Below the pieces are notes generated by a model. It was given only the letters and a program-made list of their open reading frames with translations, did not search any database and had not been told where the DNA came from. A stretch of 64,000 bases of DNA, taken from contig CAWDML010000008.1 in NCBI GenBank assembly GCA_963803435.1, positions 64,001 to 128,000 on the forward strand, given 5' to 3'. The translations under genes and the position numbers were made by a program. Shown in pieces: positions 43,217-54,522 of the stretch (its first letter is position 1; each line of letters opens with the position of its first letter). The stretch is from an uncultured delta proteobacterium. Lineage in GTDB: Bacteria > Myxococcota > Kuafuiibacteriia > Kuafuiibacteriales > Kuafuiibacteriaceae.

Positions 43217-45467
43217 AGTGGGTGTTGCGGTTGCTGCTGGTGCTGTTGGTCGCGGCGGGCGCCGCGGTCGGCTACGCGACCTGGGTCGTCGAGCGTCAGG
43301 GTCTCGAGCCGACCGAGGTCGCGTACGACGGCGCCGAGATCAAGCTCGACGCCCACGGCATCCCCACGATCGCCGCCCCCGATTGGGAGAAGGTGATCGA
43401 GGCGCAAGGCTTCATGCACGCGGCCAACCGGATGTTCCAGATGGACCTCTTCCGGCGCGCCGGCGCCGGGCGTCTCTCCGAGCTGTTCGGACCGGCCACC
43501 ATCGAGATCGATCGCCGGCACCGCGAAGAGGACTGGACCGGAGTCGCGGATCGCGCCGTCGAGTCGCTCGATCCGAACCAACGGATGCAGCTGGAGGCAT
43601 ACGCCCGCGGGGTCAACCGTTACATTCGAGAGAACGAAGGACGCTGGGGCATCGAGTATCTCCTCGTCGGCACCACTCCGGAGCCGTGGCTGGTCCGCGA
43701 CAGTCTGCTGGTCCTCCTCAACATGTGCGATCAGCTGGCCGTCGGCGCCGCGGCCGAGGCTGAGGCCGAGGTGTGGCGGGAGAAGCTCACGCCCGAGTGG
43801 TACGCGTTCATGTTCCCCCGGAACCACCCGTGGAACGTGCCGCTCTTCGGTGAGACCAGCACGACCGCGATTGTCGTCCCGGAAGAGAAGCTGCCGGCGC
43901 AGCCGATCGGGCCGGGCGAGCTGGCGATGGCGCGCCCGCTCGAGGAGGAGACGCTCGGCGCCAGCAACTCCTGGGGGTGGTGCGGGAAGACCGGCTGCTT
44001 CCTCGCGAACGATCCGCACCTGGGCGCGACCGTGCCGCACCTGTGGTACGCGGTGCGGCTGCGCATCTCGCCGAAGCACTGGGTCGTCGGCGTGTCGATC
44101 CCCGGGCTGCCCGGGGTGGTGCTCGGCATGAATCCGTACCTGGCGTGGGCGTTCACGAACGTCGGTGAGGACGTCGACGACTACCTCCTCGAGAAGGTCG
44201 AAGGCGACCGCTACCTGTCCGAGATTGTCGACGGCAAAGAGGTATGGAAGCCGATCGAGACGCACCCCTACGAGATCCGAGTCCGGGGCGGAGCACCGGT
44301 GACAGGGGTGGCGCGCTTCACCGAGCGAGGTCCGCTATCGGCGCGCCCGAACCTCGAGGGCCTGTACTCCCGGCAATGGCTCCCGCTGAAGAAGGGCATG
44401 CTCGGCTACGCGAGCCGCATGAACGAGGCGACCAGCTGGAAGGAGATGAACGAGGCGCTGGACGCGATGTCGGTCCCGGCTCAGAACGTGCTGATCATGG
44501 ATCGGCACGGCAACCTCGGCTACCGCGCCAGCGGCACCGGCGTGGTGCGTCGAGTGACCGGCCGCCGGCCGCAGCCCGCGCTCGAAGGACAGTGGGTCGG
44601 GTACCAGCCCCGGTCGACCCGCCCCCGGCTGCTCTATTACGTCACCGGCACGTCGACGCAGCCGCGATCGATTGCCACCGCCAATCAGCGGATCTCGGCG
44701 CGACCCGTTCGGCCAGCGCTGGACCGAGGACCTCCGGATCCACCGGATCCGCGAGATGCTCTCGGCGCGGGACGACTTCTCGCGCGCCGACATGAACGCG
44801 ATGCAGCTCGACACCCAGAGCGAGTACCACCGCCGCCTCATCCAGTGGATGGCGGCCCGCACGACGGTGCCCGAGCGCTGGAAGAGGTGGAAAGGCGAGG
44901 CCACCGCCGACGCCGATACGTTCACCGACGCCATCGAGGTCGAGCGCCTGTTCGAGCAGCTCCTGGTGAACCGCGTGCGCGCCCACTTCGGGGTTCCCGA
45001 CGACGTTCGCTACTCGGCGCGGCTCGACAGCGCCTGGGTGCTGACGGCGCTGGGCGCGAAGGGAGCGCTGGCAGCGTTCGGCCTCGACGAGACCGAGGTC
45101 GCCGAGTCGATCGTGGCGCGCGTGACCGGCGTGAAGCGGGCGCCGTATTTCATCGCCAACCGCTGGCAGGCGCAGCACCCGTTCGTGGGGCGCATCCCGC
45201 TGGTCGGCGACTTCTTTCGCGTGGACGAGCCGGAGCAAGCGGGCTGGCACGACGTGGTGCGCGTGGAGCAGCCGAAGTACGGCGCATCGACGCGGCTGGT
45301 GTGGGATCTCGTCCGACCCGATGAACAGCACCTGGTCGCTTCCCGTGGGGCAGTCAGGGCACGTACGGTCGTCGCACTACTCGGACTTCCAGTCGGACTG
45401 GTTCGACCATCGGCCGATGAAGGTGTTCGACGACAGCTTCGAGTGGTGGGTCAGTCCGGATCGATGA
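43213..45467 (+). CDS. Penicillin acylase family (Ntn hydrolase); frameshifts at ~44697 and ~45321
   Basis: DAHGIPTI, AQGFMHA.NRMFQMDLFRR..AGRLSELFG, GASNSW nucleophile, ANDPHL, TANQR, PVGQSGH...HYSD. Confidence 0.9.
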
Positions 45468-46771
45468 ACGTCACCACGTCGGGAGCGTCGCCCATCTCGA
45501 CCTGATGGATCGCGGTCATCACGACGCCCCCGCCCTCCGTCGCGATCATGCGCGTGATGCCGTTGGAGCCCAGCTGGAGCGGCTCGCAATAGCCGAGCGC
45601 CGGATTGTACTCGGTGACGAAGCCGTTGATCCCCCCGGAGAGAAAGCCGCGGCCGAACGGCGCCAGCGCTCGCACGACGGTGGATGACGGGGGATCATCG
45701 ATGACGCGCCAGCCGCCACCGTCGTCGTCGCGGATCCAGTGACGGCCGGCCAAGGTGCCGGCCACCGTACCCAGCGCGTCGACGTGCGTGATCGCGTTGA
45801 GGCCCGGCGCTCCCGCTCCACCCGCCACCGGCTCTTCGGTGAGGCTGCCGTGGTCGTACACGATCGCGGTGCTGTGTCGCGGCCCGATCATCACCGCCCG
45901 CGACGGTCCGAGCAGCGCCGCTCCGGGGGAGTCGTGCCCGCCGACCGGATCGTCGACCAGCACCTCCCAGGCGCCCGCCGCGAGGTGATCGATCACTCCG
46001 TTCCGGCTGACCGCGAACAGCTCGAGAGGCGCCGCGGTCGTCCCGGCGAGGTCGCCCGTGTCGCCGTCGCCGGATCGCGAGGCGGTGGTGCCGGCCGGTG
46101 CGAAGCCTGAGTCGAGCCGATAGGTGGCGAGCTCGCCGCCGGCACCGAGCAGCCAGACCGTATCGGTGGCGTCGGTGAAGGCGGCGACGTGCGGCGTGGT
46201 GGTCGGCGTGTCGATCGGCGACGCGGACTGGTGGGTGACCAGGAAGAAGCGGCCCGCCACCGAGCCGAACAGATAACGGTCACCTCCGAGCGGTGCCAGC
46301 ACGCGGCCCCCGGTCCCCGGCGTTCCCGAAAGCTCGACCGCAGTCACGGAGAACCGCGTGCAGGCGACGCTGGACGCCAGCCGGAGCGCAGCCACCGGCT
46401 CGGGCGGCGAGGCCAGCGGCGCCCAGGCTCCGAGGATTCCGCCCGCGAAGGCGGCCTCCAGGATCTCGGCCGCGGGAGGTAGCGGCGCGCCGCCCTCTTC
46501 GATGGCTTGCCATCCGGAGCGGAGGCCGAACTCGGCCAGCGGGCGATCGAGGTAGAGCGCGATCAGCGACGCGGTCCGAGAGCGGTGGAGGCGGAGGTTC
46601 GGGAAGCGCGGGGGCGGCGGCGTCGAGGTCGGCGCCGAAGACGCGGGGCGGATCCTCGGCCTCGACGACGACCAGGAGGAGCGAGGCGTGGTGACCTGCG
46701 GGGGCCGGCGGCTCGAGGGCCACGACCTGATGACAGGCAGCGACGATCGTGACGACGAAGAGCGCGCGCAC
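45451..46771 (-). CDS. Lipoprotein with C-terminal beta-propeller; frameshift at ~46585
   Basis: VRALFVVTIVAAC lipobox; continues LIALYLDRPLAEFGLRSG...PLPP into ORF 45451..46395. Confidence 0.65.
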
Positions 46772-46773
46772 GG

Positions 46774-47861
46774 CTAGACGAAGTGCGGCATGACCTGCTC
46801 GGCGAAGGTCCGGATCGACTCCATGATCAACTCGTGCGGCACCGTGCCCATCTGCATGACCAGGATCAGCTCGTCGACGCCGATCTCCACGAAGCGCTCG
46901 ATCGTTCTCGCGCGCACAGGCGGGATCGCCGACGATCGTGGCCATCTGCGATCCATCGGCGTTGCGCTGGGCCATGGCGTCCCCGAGCTCTTGCGCGGGC
47001 GAGGGACTCGCGGTGGCACGTCGAGCTCGCCGACCGGGCGATCACCTCCGAGGTAGTAGCGCGCCGAGCGCTCTCCAGGAAGAAGCGCGCGCCGCGAAAG
47101 CCGTGCACGCAAGCCTTGCGGTCGTCCGGGAGCACCAGCGTCGCCGGCGTGCACGCGAAGTGATCGTTCGACGGCGCGGCCGACCGGCGCGGCGTGCGCG
47201 ACCGCCTTGCGGTACTCGCGGACCTTCTCCTCCAGATAGTCGTCGGTTCCGAACGCGAAGTTGAGCGCGCCCAGCCCGAGCGCGCCCGACGTGCTCGGCG
47301 CGTGTCGGGCTTCGAGCAGGCGGCGAACATCGGCGGGTGCGGCTCCTGCACCGGCTTGGGGAGCACCTGCGTCGGAGGGATGTCGAAGAAGCGGCCCTTG
47401 TACTCGAAGACGTCCGAGCGCCCACATCTTGCGGGATCATCTCGAGCGCCTCGAGCCACTGATCGTGGAGCGTCGAGAGGTCGTTCTCGAAGGCGTGCTT
47501 GCTCCACCAGGGACGAGCTCTTGCCCGAGCCCCAGTTGACGCGCCCGCCGGAGAGGATGTCGAGCGCGGCGATGCGCTCCGCGATCGCGGATGGGGTGGT
47601 TGTAGCGGTGGGGGAGGCAGCGTGACGCCGTGGCCGATGCGGATGCGTCTTCGTCCGCGCCGCTACGAACGAGAGGAAGATCTCCGGCGCCGAGGAGTGC
47701 GAGTACTCGTAGAGGCCGTGGTGCTCGACCTCCCAGATGCAGTGATAGCCCAGCTCGATCGGCCAGCTCCGCCTGCTCCAGGCAGTCGCGGAAGAGCTGC
47801 CGCCTCCGTCTCGCGCGTCGGGTCGGGAGATCTGCATCTCGTAGAAGAGGGAGAATTTCAC
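46774..47861 (-). CDS. LLM-class flavin-dependent oxidoreductase (luciferase-like), many frameshifts
   Basis: KFSLFYEMQ, WEVEHHGLYEYSHSSAPE, AERIAALDILSGGRVNWG.G, PKPVQEPHPP, GTVPHELIMESIRTFAEQVMPHF, spread over three frames. Confidence 0.85.
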
Positions 47862-49231
47862 AGGGCACCCCCGCGCTGGAACCATTGTGCGAACATCCGC
47901 GCGGCGCGACCGCGCATCCCCTCGGCGGTCTGGGCGTTGCGGAGACGCTGCGACATCGCGCCGATCACGAACGAGGCGGCGGTGTCGCCGTGCAGCTTCA
48001 CCTTCCCGGTGAGCTGCGCGGTCGAGTAGCTGGTCCGGCCGCTCAGGATGTCCTTGAAGAGCGCCGCCGGGAGCGTCGCCACCGAGGTCGGCGGTCGCGG
48101 GATACCGCGCCGGAACGTCAGCCCTCCGTCCTCGACGATGACCGTGATGTCGCCGCCTCCCTTGCCCGTGAGCTCCAGATGGATCCGCGAGCGCATCCCC
48201 ACCAGATCGTGCTGCTGTGAGCGATCCCGCTTCGCCATCGCCGACATCAGCCTCACCACCGCCGCGATCTTCGGATCGAGCCGACCGGGCGACGTCTCGA
48301 GATACCTCTCCATCACCGCCACCGACGTATCGCACGACGGAGACCAGCCCAGCTCGCGCCGCGCCTTCTCGCTGTCGATGATCATCGGGACCTCGCCGTT
48401 CTCGCGCCACGTCGGATCGACCGGCTCGCCGATCCCGAACCGCGCCAGCGCCTCGCCGACCACGGCGGCCGCCAGGAGCGCGGCGCGCGGCGGCTGGAAG
48501 GTCCGCAGCCCGGTGGCGGCGGCCAGCTCGCCCGCGCTCTTCGGATCGCGCGCGGCCAGGTTGAACGCGCCCCGCGCTCCCTGCGAGAGCGCGAGGACCG
48601 CGGCGGCGGCGACGTCCTCGTCCCAGACGATCGGCAGCTTCGCGTCGGAGGTGGCCGGGAAGAAGCCGCGATCGAGCGCGCGCCCGAGCAGCTTCGCGAG
48701 CGGATTCTGGAAGTGCGTGCCGATCAGGATCGCCGGACGGAGCCGCGCGATCGCGACTTCGGGGTGGGCCTGCTCCAACGTGTCGAGGTGCTCCTCCACC
48801 CGATACTTCGCCGCCGAGTACGGAAAGTCGGGCTGGTACACGCGCGGGGTGCTCTCGACGATCGGGATCGGATGGCCGGGCACCACGCCGTACTGGGCGA
48901 TCGAGGAGGCATAGACGATCCGCTTCACTCCCGCCTGCACGGCCGCCCGGAAGACGTTCTTGCTTCCCTCCACGTTGACCGCATCGAAGACCTCGCGGGG
49001 GACCTTCGTCGTCACGATGAACGCCAGGTGGATGAGCGCGTCGGCGCCGGCCAGGTGCTGCTCCAGATCCGGCGCGCGCACGTCGGCGATGATCGGCTCG
49101 AGCTTTCCGCTCACCACCAGCGGCGGCTGGAGATCGAGCGCCACGATACGCTTGAACGGGCGCCCGTCGATCAGGCGACGGAGCACCGCGGTGCCGAGCT
49201 GCCCGGACGCTCCCGTCACGACCACGCGCAT
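47858..49231 (-). CDS. NAD-dependent epimerase/dehydratase (extended SDR) fused to SCP2 sterol-binding domain
   Basis: VVVTGASGQLG, HLAF, NVEGS, YASS, YSAAK; C-terminal TAQLTGKVKLHGD. Confidence 0.88.
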   Translation of the reverse strand: MRVVVTGASGQLGTAVLRRLIDGRPFKRIVALDLQPPLVVSGKLEPIIADVRAPDLEQHLAGADALIHLAFIVTTKVPREVFDAVNVEGSKNVFRAAVQAGVKRIVYASSIAQYGVVPGHPIPIVESTPRVYQPDFPYSAAKYRVEEHLDTLEQAHPEVAIARLRPAILIGTHFQNPLAKLLGRALDRGFFPATSDAKLPIVWDEDVAAAAVLALSQGARGAFNLAARDPKSAGELAAATGLRTFQPPRAALLAAAVVGEALARFGIGEPVDPTWRENGEVPMIIDSEKARRELGWSPSCDTSVAVMERYLETSPGRLDPKIAAVVRLMSAMAKRDRSQQHDLVGMRSRIHLELTGKGGGDITVIVEDGGLTFRRGIPRPPTSVATLPAALFKDILSGRTSYSTAQLTGKVKLHGDTAASFVIGAMSQRLRNAQTAEGMRGRAARMFAQWFQRGGAL

Positions 49232-49384
49232 CGCGGCACTAAAGCATGCCGTCTGCGGTCCCGGCGACCACCTGCGGACGTTGACCACGACCGCTCACAT
49301 TCGGTGGAGGGGGCGAGGTCCCAATACCTCCCCAAGGTTCCCTCGAGTCGCCATCCCGCCGTGAGGTCCTCCACGCGTATGCCG

Positions 49385-49400
49385 TGGAACACAGATTGCG
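49385..49400 (+). promoter_or_regulatory. Probable sigma54 promoter
   Basis: TGGAACACAGATTGCG (GG-N10-GC with TTGC), 16 nt before GTG 49416. Confidence 0.55.
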
Positions 49401-49415
49401 GGTCGTCCCCAGGCG

Positions 49416-52317
49416 GTGGTTCGAGCAATCGCGATCTCGTGCGTCGTCACATGTGTGTGCGCGTGCGCAGAGCGACGCACGACCATCATCGCGGAGAAGG
49501 GCCGGCTGGAGGTCGAGTCGACGCAGGTCGACTTCGGCGAGGTCACGCTCGGGGACCGGCGGACCGCGACCGTGCGGTTGAAGAACACGGGCGGCGATCA
49601 GGTCGACCTCTGCCTGCCGCGTCTCTCGGACGAGGGCTGCACGGTGGCGAGCCGTCTCAATCCGGCGGACCAGCCCTTCGAGTGGCCGCTCCGTGACATG
49701 CGCTGGTCGCTCCTGCCTTCCGAGTCGCTCGAGTTCACGGTCGCGTTCGAGCCCGATCGCGCCGCGGACTTCGGATCGACCCTCCGGATCGGCCACAACG
49801 GCAGCAACGGGCCGGACCTCGGGATCTCGCTGACCGGTCGAGGTGTCACGCCGGCCGCGGTCTTCTCCGATACGACGATCGACTTCGGCCCGATCGCGCT
49901 CGGGACCACCGCCGTGCACACCGTGATGGTCGAGAACCGCACCGCGCCGCCCGCCTCGGTGATGCTCAACCTCTCCTTGGTGGGCACGTCGACGGCCTTC
50001 CAGCTGCCCACAAGCCCGACGATCAGCGTGCCGCCCGGCGTGCAGGTTCCGCTCGAGGTGCGCTTCTCGCCGCTCGGCGAGCGGGCGTTCCAGGCACAGG
50101 TGGCGATCGCGTATTGTCCGGGCTGCCTCCAATCGATCGACCTCATCGGGCGAGGGGTGGCTCCGCGCCTCGACGTCGAGCCGCGTGAGCTCACGTTCGC
50201 TGCGCACGACGATCGATCGCCTGCCACGCTGCCGCTCGAGATCAGGAGCACCGGCAGCGGTCCGCTCACCGTGCTCGGGTTCGAGGTCCGCGACGGACCG
50301 GCCGACGAGCTCGACGTGCTCGTCGACGCACTGCCGCTCGTGCTCATGCCGGGCGAGTCGGCGACGGTTCAGGTGGAGCACCGCGGACGCGTGCCCGGTG
50401 TCGACGTGGCCACCCTGGTGGTGCTGAGCGACGCCTGGCAACAGCCGGAGCTCCGCCTCCCGGTCCTGGCCGAGTCCACGGGCCCGAACGTGGAGGTGAT
50501 CCCGCGGGCGCTCGACTTCGGCGCGGTGCGGCCGAACGCCACCTCCCAGCGCACCGTGGTGGTGGAGAACACCGGCAACCGGCCCCTCACGCTCACCGGG
50601 ATCCAAATCTCCCCCGCCGGCAATCTGCGCGTGGCTCCGCCGGTCCTCCCGGCGGTGCTGGGGCCGGGCGAGCGGTTGATCCTGCCCGTCTCGTTCTCAC
50701 CGCTGGCCGCGGGCGCGGTCCAGGCGACGCTGGTGATCGCCTCCGACGACGCGGACGAAGGCGCGCTCCTGGTGCCGGTCGCCGGCGTGGGCGGAGAGCC
50801 GACCGGCTGCTCCATCTCGGCCGCACCGCCCGCCCTCGAATCTGGGACAGCGCGAGCGCGGCGTCACCTCGCTCCACCGCGTCGAGCTGCGCAATGTCGG
50901 GCCGGCGCGGTGCACGCTGTCCAGCCCGAGCGTCTCCGGAGATGCCGCCTTCTCGCTGGCCGCCGGGACGCCGAACCAGCTCCAGATCGAGCCCGGCGCC
51001 TCGGTCGCGCTCCCGTTCGAGGTCGCACCGGCCGCGTACGGCACGTTCCAGGCGGTGCTCCAGGTCGGCACCGACGATCCCACTCAGCCGACCGCGACGA
51101 TCCCGCTGGAAGCCTCGAGCGCCGCCGGCTCCGCCCGGGTCACGCCGCTCGCGATCGAGTTCGGTCGCGTTACGCCGTCCTGCCGATCGGGGCCGCGCAC
51201 GATCTCCATCCACTCCTTCGGACGTACGGCCGTCGTCGATGCGATCAGCCTCGACCCCACCTCTTCGAGCGAGTTCGAGCTGGGGACCGCGGCGCTGCCT
51301 GCGACGGTCGGTGCGAATCAGACGATGCAGGTGCCGATCCGCTACCGGCCGAGCGGGGAGGGCGAAGACTTCGGGATCCTCTCGGTCACCATCGACGGCG
51401 TCGCCCGCGCAGTGCCGCTCCACGGGACCGGGACCACCGTCAGCCCGATCGAGGTGCAGCTCGCGCAATCGCCCGCGTCGAAGACCGACGTCCTCTTCGT
51501 CGTCAACAACACCAACACCACCAGCGCCGAGCGCGATCGTCTCGGGCAGGCCATCCAGCCCTTCTTCTTGTACGCGCAGGCGCAGGGCATCGACTTCCGC
51601 GTCGCGATGATGTCGATGGAGTACAACGTCGGCGACCGCGGCCGCTTCCTGGCCGAGCCGCCGCAGCGCGAGAAGGTGATCACCCCGCAGTCGGTCGATC
51701 CCGTGGGGACGTTTCGCTCGAACCTCGACAACGGCGGAAACGGAAACACCGGCGGGTTCGAGGCGGCCTTCCTGGCGCTGTCGGATCCGCTGCTCAACAC
51801 CGACGACGCCGGCTTCCTCCGGCCCGAAGGCCTCCTGACCGTCATCTTCGTCTCGGACGAAGACGATCAATCGCAGGGAGACGTCGCGGCCTATCAGCGA
51901 CACCTCGCCACCTTGAAAGCGGCCCGCGGGGGACGATTCCAAGCGCTCGCGATCGCGGGGACGGATCCGAACGACTGCCAGTCGGCGTTCGGCGCCGCCG
52001 ACTACTCGCCGGCCTATCTCGCGCTCGCGGAAGAGACCGGCGGCATCTCTCAATCGTTCTGTCAGGACTGGAACCTCACCGTCCCCGCGATCGCACCGTA
52101 TGCGTTCGGCCGGACGCGCCGCTTCCCGATCGACGGCGCCCCGGTCTCCACCTCGATCGAGGTCCGCGTGGACAACGACGTCATCCCGCGGACGGACGCG
52201 CAAGGTAACTTGCAGTGGACGTACTCCGCGCAGAGCGGCGCCATCCTCTTCTCCGAGGAAGCCGCACCCGATTTCGGCGCACAGGTTCGGATCGCCTATG
52301 CGCTCGAGTGCCTGTGA
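49416..52317 (+). CDS. Lipoprotein with choice-of-anchor D (ASH/PapD-like Ig) repeats and C-terminal vWA-like domain; frameshift at ~50840
   Basis: (V/L)DFG.V.......V...NTG repeats; KTDVLFVVNN, GFLRPEGLLTVIFVSDEDDQS. Confidence 0.85.
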
Positions 52318-53027
52318 GGCGCACGGTGACAGCAGAACAACGTCCCAGCACCACCAGTCACCGCGCACGGCGCGGCCCCCCGCCCTCGCCGCGGCCCCAC
52401 GGGAGGTCGTTCGAGGCGGCGCAGATCCGCACGATCGATCCGCGGGCCAGGGGGAGCGTCATCCGACCGGCGCCCCTGCCGTTGCCCCGACCTCCTCGGT
52501 CACCGCCGCGGGATGCGACCAGCGCGAAGCTCCTGGTCGTGGCGTCGCTGATGAGCTTGGTCGTGATCGTGCTGTCGCTGGCGGTCCTGTGCCGGACCAC
52601 GGGCGTGGCGCTCCCGCCGGGCGTGCGCGCGAAGCTCGACGCGCTCTTGCCGCTGCCCGCCCCGCCGGGACGGGCGGTCGCAGCGAGCCCCGCGATCCCG
52701 GCGGTGCCGCCCCAGAAGGCGGTGACCCCGGCGGCTCCCGGCGCGCCGAAGGCCGACCTGATGCTCACGATCGACGTCGAGCCCCACGACGCGAACCTGG
52801 TGGTGCATCCTACGGACGAGGGCTTCCAGGTGAAGGTGGCGGCCAGCGGCTACCAGCCGGCCACGCGGACGGTGGGGAAGGGCGTGGCCGAGCGGATCGC
52901 GCTCAAGCTCGAGCGGGCGCCGAAGAAGGCGGCCAAGAAGAAGAAGCGCCACGGCCCGAAGCGACGCTCGGCGAAGGCAAATTCGTCCTCCGACCCAGAG
53001 GTGTTCCTGACGGGGAGCGATCTATGA
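52314..53027 (+). CDS. Membrane protein, Pro-rich with PEGA-like segment
   Basis: TM LLVVASLMSLVVIVLSLAVL; LTIDVEPHDA...VKVAASGY...LKLE. Overlapping starts/stops on both sides. Confidence 0.65.
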   Translation: MRRTVTAEQRPSTTSHRARRGPPPSPRPHGRSFEAAQIRTIDPRARGSVIRPAPLPLPRPPRSPPRDATSAKLLVVASLMSLVVIVLSLAVLCRTTGVALPPGVRAKLDALLPLPAPPGRAVAASPAIPAVPPQKAVTPAAPGAPKADLMLTIDVEPHDANLVVHPTDEGFQVKVAASGYQPATRTVGKGVAERIALKLERAPKKAAKKKKRHGPKRRSAKANSSSDPEVFLTGSDL

Positions 53028-53815
53028 GCGCGTGGGCGCTGCCAGTGGCGCTGGCGCTCCTCGCCGGAGCTGCGCCCATGAGCGAGTCGGACCGCAAGGC
53101 CGAAGCCGCGCGCCTGCTCGCCGACGGGAACCGTGCGTTCGCCAGCGGAGCCCACGAGGAGGCGCTGTCGGACTATCAGCAGGCGTACGACATGTTCGCG
53201 TCGCCGAAGCTCTACTACAGCCTGGCGCGGGCGCTGGACGAGCTCGGCCGGCGCGAGGAGGCCGCGCACTTCTACGAGCGGTTCCTGGTGGAGTCGGGCG
53301 TCGAGTACCGGTCCTCGCTATACGAGCGGGCCCACGAGAAGCTCCGCGCCGCCTCGGTCGGTCTGGGCAAGCTGCGCCTGGACGCGAGCGTTCCCGGCGC
53401 CGTGCTCTTCGTCGACGGTGTCGAGCGCGCCACGTTGCCGACGACGCCGATCTACCTCGCCGAGGGCCGGCACGCGCTCCACGCCGAGCGCGCCGGCTTC
53501 ACCCCGTTCGAGTCGAAGGTGAAGATCGACTCCGGACAGGTCACCTCGGTCACCGTCGACATGGTCCCGGTGCGGGTGGTCAAGGAGCCGCTTCCGAAGC
53601 CCGAGGTGTGTCCGGCCGAGCCGATCGAGATCGCGAAGGTGGCGCCGCCGCCCGAGGAGAGCTCGGTCCTGACGTCGTGGTGGTTCTGGAGTCTGATCGG
53701 CGTGGCCGCGGTGGCGGCGGTCGGGACAGGCGTGGGGCTGGCCATGCGCCACGATCCCGGCCCCCCCGAGCGCGAGCTCGGCGACGTGCCGCTGAGCGAC
53801 TGGGGTCGACCGTGA
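53024..53815 (+). CDS. TPR + PEGA domain protein
   Basis: ARLLADGNRAF...YQQAY...LYYSLARA; VPGAVLFVDG, GRHAL; WWFWSLIG TM. Confidence 0.85.
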   Translation: MSAWALPVALALLAGAAPMSESDRKAEAARLLADGNRAFASGAHEEALSDYQQAYDMFASPKLYYSLARALDELGRREEAAHFYERFLVESGVEYRSSLYERAHEKLRAASVGLGKLRLDASVPGAVLFVDGVERATLPTTPIYLAEGRHALHAERAGFTPFESKVKIDSGQVTSVTVDMVPVRVVKEPLPKPEVCPAEPIEIAKVAPPPEESSVLTSWWFWSLIGVAAVAAVGTGVGLAMRHDPGPPERELGDVPLSDWGRP

Positions 53816-54504
53816 AGATCGCGCTGGTCATGGTGCTGCTGGCGACGTCGTGGTCGTGCGGCCGCTACGACTGCACGCTCGACTCGCCGTCGCTCGACGT
53901 GGCGGTGCGACTGGGCGCGCTCGAGACCGCGCCGGCCTCGCTCGAAATGCTCGCTGAGATCGGCGGCGACCGGTACTCCACCCGCTTCGACGTGTCGCAG
54001 GCGCTCAGCGACGGCGAGACTTCGCTGCGTATCCAGCTGGGGCCTCAGGGCGGCCAACCCGTCGACGTCCTCCTGACGGCGCGGGCCTTCTCCGAGGCCG
54101 ACGGGCGGGGCCAGATGCTCGCCGAGACCACGCACCTGGTCGCCGCCTCGCCCGACGGCTGTAACCAGGTCCTGATCGATCTGTGGCCGCGCCGCCTGGT
54201 CTGCGAGAGCAGCTGCACGGCCGACTGCAAGAACGCCGACCTCTGCCCGGTTCAGTGCGCCACCGGCTCGCGGTGCGACGTCGACTGCCGTCAGGCGGGC
54301 GAGTGCGCGGTCGCGTGCGATCCCGGCTCGAGCTGCAGCGTCGACTGCAGCGGCGCCGGCGACTGCAGCAAGATCCGCTGCGGCGCCGAGGCCTCCTGCG
54401 CCCTCTTCTGCGGTCCGGGTCAGCCCTGCGCGTACGCCGAGTGCGCCGGAATCCAGCAGACCTGCTCGGACGGCACGGTGGTGTGCAACGCGCATTGTTT
54501 GTAG
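53812..54504 (+). CDS. Cys-rich lipoprotein
   Basis: WSC lipobox; C-terminal CxxxC repeats (CDVDCRQAGECAVAC...). Confidence 0.75.
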   Translation: MKIALVMVLLATSWSCGRYDCTLDSPSLDVAVRLGALETAPASLEMLAEIGGDRYSTRFDVSQALSDGETSLRIQLGPQGGQPVDVLLTARAFSEADGRGQMLAETTHLVAASPDGCNQVLIDLWPRRLVCESSCTADCKNADLCPVQCATGSRCDVDCRQAGECAVACDPGSSCSVDCSGAGDCSKIRCGAEASCALFCGPGQPCAYAECAGIQQTCSDGTVVCNAHCL

Positions 54505-54522
54505 AGTCGACGCCGACCACCC

